The notes under the pieces were generated by a model. It was given only the letters and a program-made list of their open reading frames with translations, had not been told where the DNA came from and did not search any database. The translations under genes were made by a program, and so were the position numbers. Positions 15,001 to 25,512 of a DNA stretch of 64,000 nt are shown piece by piece. The stretch is from Nitrospirales bacterium (lineage in GTDB: Bacteria; Nitrospirota; Nitrospiria; Nitrospirales; UBA8639), in NCBI GenBank assembly GCA_965203295.1, contig CBDBCZ010000018.1, positions 2,112,001 to 2,176,000 of the forward strand, written 5' to 3'. How positions within the stretch are numbered: position 1 is the stretch's first letter; every line of letters begins with the position of its first letter.

Positions 15001-18000
15001 AAACTAAACAAGCCTTTGAATAACCAGTTCCTTTCTTGAACATCGACACTTCTTAAACATGTATTGTATTCGACTAACATCATTAAAACTTATCAAGCCT
15101 TTGATTAACCAGTTCTTTTCCTAAACAGCTGGGAAGGGTCATATCAATGGTAGCTAGTTACTTTGGCTTAAAGTCTTTGCTAGAGACCAACAAAACTATA
15201 GATTTTCTATAAAATACTTCTTTCCTTATCTGCAGACTAACATCAACCAAACTAAACAAGCCTTTGAATAACCAGTTCCTTTCTTGAACATAGTAACTTC
15301 CTAAGCATGTATTGTATCTGACTAATATCATTCAAACAAAACAAGCCTTTGAATAACCAGCTCTTTTTCTAAATAGTTGGGAAGGATCAGATCAATGGTA
15401 GCAAGTTACTTTGGCTTAAAGTCTTTGCAAGAGACCAACAAAACTAACAATTATCAATAAAATCCTTCTTTCTTAATCTTCAGGCTAAAATCAACGAAAC
15501 AAAACAGTCCTTTGAATAACCAGTTCTTTTTCTAAACAGTTGGGAAGGGTCAGATAAATGGTAGCTAGTTACTTTGGCTTAAAGTCTTTGCTAGAGACCA
15601 ACAAAACTAAAAATTTTCAATAAAATCCTTCTTTCCTAATCTTCAGACTAACATCATTCAAACTAAACAAGCCTTTGAAAAACCAGTTCTTTACTTAAAC
15701 AGTTAGGAAGGATCAGATGAATGGTAGATAGTTACTTTGGCTGAAAGTCTTTGCCTGAGACCAACAAAACTAACAATTTTCAATAAAATCCTTCTTTCCT
15801 AATCTTCAGACTAACATCAACAAAACTAAACAAGCCTTTGAATAACCAGTTCCTTTCTAGAACATCGACACTTCCTAAACATGTATTGTATCCGACTAAC
15901 ATCATTAAAACTAATCAAGCCTTTGAATAACCAGTCTTTTTCTAAACAGTTGGGAAGGGTCAGATCAATGGTAGCCAGTTACTTTGGCTGAAAGTCTTTG
16001 CCTGAGACCAACAATACAAACAATTTTCAATAAAATCCTTCTTTCCTAATCTTCAGACTAACATCATTCAAACTAAACAAGCCTTTGAATAACCAGTTCC
16101 TTTCTTGAACATCGACACTTCTTAAACATGTATTGTATTCGACTAACATCATTAAAACTTATCAAGCCTTTGAATAACCAGTTCTTTTCCTAAACAGCTG
16201 GGAAGGGTCATATCAATGGTAGCTAGTTACTTTGGCTTAAAGTCTTTGCTAGAGACCAACAAAACTATAGATTTTCTATAAAATACTTCTTTCCTTATCT
16301 GCAGACTAACATCAACCAAACTAAACAAGCCTTTGAATAACCAGTTCCTTTCTTGAACATAGAAACTTCCTAAGCATGTATTGTATCTGACTAATATCAT
16401 TCAAACAAAACAAGCCTTTGAATAACAAGTTCTTTTCCTAAACAGTTGGGAAGGGTCAGATCAATGGTAGCCAGTTACTTTGGCTGAAAGTCTTTGCCTG
16501 AGAACAACAAAAACTAACAATTTTCAATAAAATCCTTCTTTCCTAATCTTCAGACTAACACCAACAAAACTAACAATTTTCAATAAAATTCTTCTTTCCT
16601 AATCTTCAAACTAAACAATTTTCAATAAAATCCTTCTTTCCTAATCTTCAGACTAACATCAACCAAACTAAACAAGCCTTTGAATAACCAGTTCCTTTCT
16701 TGAACATCGATACTTCCTAAGCGTGTATTGTATCTGACTAACATCATTGAAAGTAAACAAGCCTTTGAATAACCAGTTCTTTTCCAAAACAGTTGTTAAG
16801 GTTCAGATCAATGGTAGCCAGTTACTTTGGCTGAAAGTCTTTGCCTGAGACCAACAAAACTAACAATTTTAGATAAAATCCTTCTTTCCTAATTTTCAGG
16901 CTAACATCAAAAAAACTAAACAGGCCTTTGAATAACCAGCTCTTTTTCTAAACAGTTGGGAAGGGTCAGATAAATGGTAGCAAGTTACTTTGGCTTAAAG
17001 TCTTTGCTAGAAACAAAAAAACTAACAATTTTAGATAAAATCCTTCTTTCCTAATCTTCAGACTAACATCAACAAAACTAAACAAGCCTTTGAATAACCA
17101 GTTCCTTTCTTGAACATTGATACTTCTTAAGCATGTATTGTATCTGACTAATATCATTCAAACAAAACAAGCCTTTGAATAACCAGCTTATTTTCTAAAT
17201 AGTTCGGAAGGGTCAGATCAATGGTAGCTAATAACTTTGGCTTAAAGTCTTTGCTAGAGACCAACAAAACTAACAATTTTCAATAAAATCCTTCATTCCT
17301 AATCTTCAGGCTAACATCAACAAAACTAAACAGGCCTTTGAATAACCAGTTCTTTTCTAAACAGTTAGGAAGGGTCAGAAAAATGGTAGCTAGTTACTTT
17401 GGCTTAAAGTTTTTGCTAGAGACCAACAAAACTAACAATTTTCAATAAAATCCTTCTTTCCTAATCTTCAGACTAACATCATTCAAACTAAACAAGCCTT
17501 TGAATAACCAGTTTTTTTTCTAAACAGTTGGGAAGGGTCAGATAAATGGTAGCTAGTTACTTTGGCTTAAAGTCTTTGCAAGAGACCAACAAAACTAACA
17601 ATTATCAATAAAATCCTTCTTTCCTAATCTTCAGCCTAAAATCAACAAAAATAAACAGGCCTTTGAATAACCAGTTCTTTTTCTAAACAGTTCGAAAGGG
17701 TCAGATAAATGGTAGCTAGTTACTTTGGCTTAAAGTCTTTGCTAGAGGCCAACAAAATTTACAATTTTAAAAAAAATCCTTCTTTCCTTATCTTAAGACT
17801 AACATCATTCAAACTACACAAGCCTTTGAATAACCAGTTCTTTTCCTAAAAAGTTGGGAAGGGTCAGATCAATGGCAGCTAGTTATATTGGCTTAAAGTC
17901 TTTGCTAGAGACCATCAAAACTAACAATTTTCAATAAAATCCTTCTTACCTATTCTTCAGGCTAACATCAACAAAACTAAACAAGCCTTTGAATAACCAG

Positions 18001-21000
18001 TTCTTTTCCTAAACAGTTAGGAAGGGTCAGATCAATGGTAGCTAGTTACTTTGGCTTAAAGTCTTTGCTAGAGACCAACAAAACTAACAATTTTCAATAA
18101 AATCCTTCTTTCCTAATCTTCAGACTAACATCATTCAAACTAAACAAGGTTTTGAATAACCAGCTCTTTTTCTAAACAGTTGGGAAGGGTCAGATCAAAT
18201 GTAGCTAGTAACTTTGGCTTAAAGTCTTTGCTAGAGACAAACAAAACTAATAATTTTCATTAAAATCCTTCTTTCTTAATCTTCAGACTAACATCAACCA
18301 AACTAAACAAGCCCTAGAATAACAAGTTCCTTTCTTGAACATCGATACTTCCTAAGCATGTATTGTATCTGACTAACATCATTCAAACTAAACAAGATTT
18401 TGAATAACCAGTTCTTTTTCTAAATAGTTCGGAAAGGTCAGATCAATGGTAGCTAGTAACTTTGGCTTAATTAAAGTCATTGCAAGAGACCAACAAAACT
18501 AACAATTTTCAATAAAATCCTTCTTTCCTAATCTTCAGGCTAACATCAACAAAACTAAACAGGCCTTTGAATAACCAGTTCTTTTCTAAACAGTTGGGAA
18601 GGGTCAGATAAATGGTAGCTAGTTACTTTGGCTTAAAGTCTTTGCTAGAGACCAACAAAACTAACAATTTTCAATAAAATCCTTCTTTCCTAAACTTCAG
18701 ACAAACATCATTCAAACTAAACAAGCCTTTGAATAACCAGTTCTTTTCCTAAACAGTTAGGAAGGGTATGATCAATGGTAGCTAGTTACTTTTGCTGAAA
18801 GTCTTTGCCTGAGACCAACAAAACTAACAATTTTCTATAAAATCCTTCTTTCCTAATCTTCAGACTAACATCAACCAAACTAAACAAGCCTTTGAATAAC
18901 CAGTTCCTTTTTTGAACATCGATACTTCCTAAGCATGTATTGTATCTGACTAACATCATTCAAACTAAACAAGCCTTTGAATAACCAGTTGTTTTCCTAA
19001 ACAGCTGGGAAGGGTCAGATCAATGGTAGTCAGTTACTTTGGCTGAAAGTCTTTGCCTGAGACCAACAAAGCTAACAATTTACAATAAAATACTTCTTTC
19101 CTAATCTGCAGACTAACATCATTCAAACTAAACAAGCCTTTGAATAACCAGTTCTTTTTCTAAACAGTTGGGAAGGGTCAGATCAATGGTAGCTAGTGAC
19201 TTTGGCTTAAAGTCTTTGCCAGAGACCAACAAATCTAACAATTTTCAATGAAATCCTTCTTTCCTAATCTTAAGACTAACATCAACCAAACTAAACAAGC
19301 CTTTGAATAACCAGTTCCGGTCTTGAACATCGATACTTCCTAAGCATGTATTGTATCCGACTAACATCATTCAAACTAAACAAGCTATAAAATCTTAAAA
19401 AAATTTCTTTCCTAGACAGTTGGGAAGGGTCAGATCAATGGTAGCTAGTTGTTTTGACTGAAAGTTTCTTGAGACCAATAAAGCTAAAATTGTACCAATT
19501 ATTAGTGAAAACCCTTACTTTCTAAGCATGTATGTATTGTATCTGACAAACATCATTTAAACTAAACAAATGATTGAATCATAAACCAGTTCCTTTCCAA
19601 GACAGTTGGGAGGGGTCAGATCAATGGTAGCTAGATACTTTGGCTGAAAGTCTTTACCTGAGACCAACAAAACTAACAATTTTCCATAAAATCCTCCTTT
19701 CCTAATCTTCAGACTAACATCAACTAAACTAAACAAGCCTTTGAATAACCAGTTCCTTTCTTGAACATCGATACTTCCTAAACATGTATTGTATCCGACT
19801 AACATCATTCAAACAAAACAACCTATTAAATCTTACACCAATTTCTTTCCTAGACACTTGGGAAGGGTCAGATCAATGGTAGCTACTTAGTTTGGCTGAA
19901 AGTCTTTGCCTGAGACCAATTAAACTGATAATTTTCAGTCAAATCCCTTACTTCCTAAGTATGTATTGTATCTGACTAACATCATTCAAACAAAACAAGC
20001 AATTGAATCTTAAACCAGTTCTCTACGTAAACAGTTAGGAAGGGTAAGATCAATGGTAGCTAGTTGTTTTGACTGAAAGTTTTCTGAGACCAATAAAGCT
20101 AAAATTGTACCAATTATTAGTGAAAACCCTTACTTTCAAAGCATATATGTATTGTATCTGACAAACATCATTTAAACTAAACAAATGATTAAATCTTAAA
20201 CCAGTTCCTTTCCAAGACAGTTGGGAAGGGTCAGACAAATGGCAGCTAGTTACCTTGGCTTAAAGTCTTTGCCAGAGACCAACAAAATTAACAATTTTTG
20301 AATAAAATCCTTCTTTCCTAATCTTCAGACTAACATCAACCAAACTAAACAAGCTTTTGAATAACCAGTTCCTTTCTTGAACTTCGATACTTCCTTAGCA
20401 TGTATTGTATTTGACTAACATCATTCAAACTAAACAAGCCATTGAATAACCAGTTCTTTTTCTAAACAGTTGGGAAGGGTCAGATAAATGGTAGCAAGTT
20501 ACTTTGGCTTAAAGTCTTTGCCTGACACCAACAAAACTAACGATTTTCAATAAAATCCTTCTTTCCTAATCTTCAGACTAACATCATTCAAACTAAACAA
20601 GCCTTCTTTGAATAACCAGTTCTTTTCCTAAACAGTTAGGAAGGGTCAGATCAATGGTAGCTAGTTACTTTGGCTGAAAGTCTTTGCCTGAGACCAACAA
20701 AACTAACAATTTTCTATAAAATACTTCTTTCCTAATCTGCAGACTAACATCAAGCAAACTAAATAAGCATTTGAATAACCAGTTCCTTTCTTGAACATCG
20801 ATACTTCCTAAGCATGTATTGTATCTGACTAACATCATTCAAACTAAACAAGCCTTTGAATAACAAGTTCTTTTCCTAAACCGTTGGGAAGGGTCAGATC
20901 AATGGTAGCCAGTTACTTTGGCTGAAAGTATTTGCCTGAGACCAACAAAACTAACAGTTTTCAATAAAATCCTTCTTTCCTAATCTTCAGACTAACATCA

Positions 21001-23346
21001 ACCAAACTAAACAAGCCTTTGAATAACCAGTTCCTTTCTTGAACATTGATATTTCCTAAGCATGTATTGTAGCTGACTAATATCATTCAAACAAAACAAG
21101 CCTTTGAATAACCAGCTCTTTTTCTAAATAGTTGGGAAGAATCAGATCAATGGTAGCCAGTTACTTTGGCTTAAAGTCTTTGCAAGAGACCAACAAAACT
21201 AACAATTATCAATAAAATCCTTCTTTCTTAATCTTCAGGCTAAAATCAACGAAACTAAAAAGGGCTTTGAATAACCAGTTCTTTTTCTAAACAGTTGGGA
21301 AGGGTCAGATAAATGGTAGCTAGTTACTTTGGCTTAAAGTCTTTGCTAGAGACCAACAAAACTAACAATTTTCAATAAAATACTTCTTTCCTAATCTTCA
21401 GACAAACATCATTCAAACTAAACAAGCCTTTGAATAACCAGTTCTTTTCCTAAACAGTTAGGAAGGGTCAGATGAATGGTAGCTAGTTACTTTGGCTGAA
21501 AGTCTTTGCCTGAGACCAACAAAACTAACAATTTTCAATAAAATCCTTCTTTCCTAATCTTCAGACCAACTTCAAGCAAACTAAACAAGCCTTTGAATAA
21601 CCAGTTCCTTTCTTGAACATCGACACTTCTTAAACATGTATTGTATTCGACTAACATCATTAAAACTAATCAAGCCTTTGAATAACCAGTTCTTTTCTTA
21701 AACAGCTGGGAAGGGTTAGATCAATGGTAGCTAGTTACTTTGGCTCAAAGTCTTTGCTAGAGACCAACAAAACTAAAGATTTTCTATAAAATACTTCTTT
21801 CCTTATCTGCAGACTAACATCAAGCAAACTAAACAAGCCTTTGAATAACCAGTTCCTTTCTTGAACATCGATACTTCCTAAGCATGTATTGTATCTGACT
21901 AACATCATTCAAACTAAACAAGCCTTTGAATAACAAGTTCTTTTCCTAAACATTTAGGAAGGGTCAGATCAATGGTAGCTAGTTACTTTGGCTCAAAGTC
22001 TTTGCTAGAGACCAACAAAACTAACGATTTTCTATAAAATACTTCTTTCCTAATCTGCAGACTAACATCAACCAAACTAAATAAGCATTTGAATAACCAG
22101 TTCCTTTCTTGAACATCGATACTTCCTAAGCATGTATTGTATCTGACTAACATCATTCAAACTAAACAAGCCTTTGAATAACAAGTTCTTTTCCTAAACA
22201 GTTAGGAAGGGTAAGATCAATGGTAGCCAGTTATTTTGGCTGAAAGTATTTGCCTGAGACCAAAAAAACTAACAATTTTCAATAAAATCCATCTTTCCTA
22301 ATCTTCAGACTAACATCAACCAAACTAAACAAGCCTTTGAATAACCAGTTCCTTTCTTGAACATCGATACTTCCTAAGCATGTATTGTATCTGACTAACA
22401 TCATTCAAACTAAACAAGCCTTTGAATAACCAGTTGTTTTCCTAAACAGTTGGGAAGGGTCAGATCAATGGTAGCCAGTTACTTTGGCTGAAAGTCTTTG
22501 CCTGAGACCAACAAAACTAACAATTTTAAATAAAATCCTTCTTTCCTAATCTTCAGACTAACATCAACCAAAATAAACAAGGCTTTGAATAACCAGTTCC
22601 TTTCTTGAACATGGATACTTCCTAAGCATGTATTGTATCTGACTAATATCACTCAAACAAAACAAGCCTTTGAATAACCAGCTTTTTTCTAAACAATTGG
22701 GAAGGGTCAGATAAATGGTAGCAAGTTACTTTGGCTTAAAGTCTTTGCTAGAGACCAACAAAATTAACAATTTTCAATAAAATCCTCCTTTCCTATTCTT
22801 CAGACTAACATCAACCAAACTAAACAAGCCTTTGAATAACCAGTTCCTTTCTTGAACATTGATACTTCCTAAGCATGTATTGTATCTGACTAATATCATT
22901 CAAACAAAACAAGCCTTTGAATAACCAGTTACAAAGTAACTGTCTACCTTTGAATAACCAGTTCTTTTTCTAAACAGTTGGGAAGGGTCAGATCAATGGT
23001 AGCCAGTTACTTTGGCTGAAAGTCTTTGCCTGAGACCAACAAAACTAACAATTTTCAATAAAATCCTTCTTTCCTAATCTTCAGACTAACATCATTCTAA
23101 CTAAACAAGCCTTTGAATAACCAGTTCTTTTCCTAAACAGTTAGGAAGGGTCAGATCAATGGTAGCTAGTTACTTTTGCTGAAAGTCTTTGCCTGAGACC
23201 AACAAAACTAACAATTTTCAATAAAATTCTTCTTTCCTAATCTTCAGACTAACATCAACCAAACTAAACAAGCCTTTGAATAACCAGTTCCTTTCTTGAA
23301 CATCGACACTTCCTAAACATGTATTGTATCCGACTAACATCATTAA
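1..23346 (+). repeat. Satellite DNA array, left arm (163-bp and 85-bp monomers)
   Basis: The anchor CTTTGAATAA recurs at 156, 241, 404 and 567 (spacings 85, 163, 163). The shared 44-bp block GACTAACATCATTCAAACTAAACAAGCCTTTGAATAACCAGTTC is followed by a 119-bp or 41-bp module. The array runs off the window start. Confidence 0.98.
19381..20300 (+). repeat. Diverged satellite variant block (186/177/186-bp monomers)
   Basis: Diagnostic AAAGCTAAAATTGTACCAATTATTAGTGAAAACCC and CCAATTAAACTGATAATTTTCAGTC. Monomer anchors 19421->19607 (186 bp), 19859->20036 (177 bp), 20036->20222 (186 bp). Confidence 0.9.
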
Positions 23347-24055
23347 CCGATTATACGCGGGAATTATTTCGCGAGGCTATACCGTATAGCGAAATTAATC
23401 GTATGGCGGAAATAGTTTTTTTGCCTCGTTGGCAAAAACTGTTTTTAGATTATAGTAGTAGCGTACTAGCCAATCAAATCGCTAGAAATGAGGTCAATAA
23501 TGTAGGTTAAAGCACGCGCGTGCACGTGCACGAACGCGTGCCTAGCAACCCCGGTGGCGTAGCAATGCGTATAAATCGTTCAGCCGTTGCCATGCTCACA
23601 GTCGCTTCAATATTCAGAATAGAGAGGAGACCGCTATACGAGTGGAGGTGGTGGACGGCACAGAAGAGCTCAAATTGACTAAACAGCGTTTGTGTTGTGC
23701 TGAAGAGTGAATTTACATCGCTGAAGCTGTTGCCATGCACCAGTCAAGGCCAACGCGTTCGGCCCACAGCGTTTGCAGCGTCTCCAGGGACGTTCCAAGA
23801 GCGCTACAAAACCCAGAGACTCTTCAATCAGCGCCTTCACTCGAGTGGCTCACTCTCTGAACACGCATCTTGCAAGACATGTACAGCTATCGCCGAACTA
23901 GCTCTCAAGACTACCTTCGAACACTGTAGCCTTGCGTAGCCAGCCCATGCAAGGCTACGAACACTGTAGCAGTATTCCTGTGTACATGCATTGGTTGTTG
24001 TAGTGTTGTATTGCTAATTTTTTACAAAATACAGGAGCGAACTATAATCTAAGTC

Positions 24056-24214
24056 AGTTAGTGCACCCAAATACTCGGGCTCAACCTCCATTATTGACCT
24101 CGGAAAGTAATTTTCCCTCGGAAGGTCTCGGGCAAAGCCCTCGACCTTCCTCGGGGAAAATTACTTTCCTAGGTCAATAATGTCGGTTAGAGCCCTCGTC
24201 GGGGTGCACTAACT
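24056..24214. mobile_element. Palindromic MITE nested in the piggyBac-like element
   Basis: AGTTAGTGCACCC...GGGTGCACTAACT termini. Inner arms CATTATTGACCT-CGGAAAGTAATTTTCCC / GGGAAAATTACTTTCC-TAGGTCAATAATG. The whole 159 bp folds as an imperfect hairpin. Confidence 0.8.
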
Positions 24215-25083
24215 ATTACGTAGCTGCTAAACGCTGGAAGATCGCTACAGGCAACCAGGTACCATGGTGAAGCGCGATGGCAGGGCTTTCCAACGGCGCC
24301 AAGATCGCCTGGCTGTCACCACTCTGGACGAAGATAGCATGCTACATCTCGCGCGGTAAGTTATTTTTGTTAGCGGTAGCTACCGACGCTTGGCCATTAT
24401 CGGATTTTTCTGTCACTTTGTGATAGAAAGGACAAGTAATGGCTAGGCCTAGGTATAGGCATGTGTGTGTAAGCGGCTTGCTACTATATATAATGGTAGC
24501 AGCGCTAAAAAAGCTTAGTTTTTCCTGGGTAGTGAGACCGAATTTTTAACGCCTGGAACCCGAGACGAGCTCAGTAAGCTTTTAGGCTTTTGTAGGTCTG
24601 TGGATACAGCAGATAGCATTCTAAAGTAAGAAATACTTCATTACTAACTAGACAGAAGCTATAGAGATGGATAAAGTGAGGAGAGTCGAGATGGGTGTGT
24701 GTGTCGGGAGGGGGGAAAAATGTCGGAAGCAGACGCTAGGTAGAGGGAAGTGATTCACTGCTCTGCTCCCGCCAGGTGCTTGTGCCTCTTCTGAAAGCAG
24801 TCACTGGAAGAGTCTCCACTATAAACAACCAGATATCACAGTTTTTGATAAATCTGTGACGTTATGGTGTCTGTGGTGGTGGGACGGAAATGATCAGGCT
24901 GACGGGAGGGAATGAATATGCTTATATGGAAGCAAGGATGGCCACCAGGTGGGCATAGTGGGGGTGCTGTGGAGGGAAAAGGGTTTCCCATAGATTGTTT
25001 ATAAGGGGATAGAGAGCCTGGTATGTGTAGAGATGCTCTGAGTGAATGTTGGAGAGTCCAGCTGTGTTGGGCCAAGAGTTTTA

Positions 25084-25236
25084 TTATATCTCTCCTCTTG
25101 TTGTAGGCTCACAGCAGTTCACCACTGCCCTTCCCACCTCCAGCATGGTTTCCTGCGAGTCATCCTCATTCTCTTCCATCATAACAGCATCCAGAACTGA
25201 AGATACAGATGTGCAGGGGCTCTTTTTAGCTTTCAT
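25084..25236 (-). pseudogene. Possible remnant of the acidic N-terminus of a piggyBac transposase
   Basis: 50-aa ORF MKAKKSPCTSVSSVLDAVMMEENEDDSQETMLEVGRAVVNCCEPTTRGEI*, preceded by a GT..AG 5'UTR intron candidate (25344-25243), near the element end that bears the subterminal repeats. The similarity is compositional only. Confidence 0.4.
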
Positions 25237-25512
25237 TTTTAGCTGTTGTGCAGTATAGGAGTGTTGCTGTTATCAACAATTTTATAGTTACTATCCTGAA
25301 CCCATAACAATGCTTACTATAATTCTATTCATGGTATTACGTACCTCAGGAAGTGTAGTAAAGACCTACAAGTGTCCGCTCGCTCTTAGCTCCTCCCGCT
25401 TCCAGTACAGCACAGTAAAGGCAATACCGTTGACAATGACGCATATATGCGTCTATCGCGGTTAACGCAATTTTACGCGTGACGCATATATGCGTCTATT
25501 GCGTATAATCGG

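Larger units (their letters stand above)
23347..25512 (-). mobile_element. Non-autonomous piggyBac-like DNA transposon (2166 bp)
   Basis: TTAA is duplicated at 23343-23346 and 25513-25516. Perfect 12-bp TIR CCGATTATACGC / GCGTATAATCGG. Removing the element restores the satellite CATTAAAACTAATCAAGCC. Subterminal 20-bp direct repeats at 25437-25456 and 25480-25499. No long transposase ORF. Strand inferred from the residual ORF. Confidence 0.9.

Noticed and set aside
1..23346. CRISPR-like appearance (constant 44-bp repeat with ~41-bp intervening sequence)
   Set aside because: The intervening sequences are two recurring modules, not unique spacers. There are no cas genes, and the context is eukaryotic with introns.
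23319..25258. Short ORFs in the piggyBac-like element as an intact transposase or cargo genes
   Set aside because: All are 80 aa or shorter, with no DDD catalytic or Cys-rich domain motifs.
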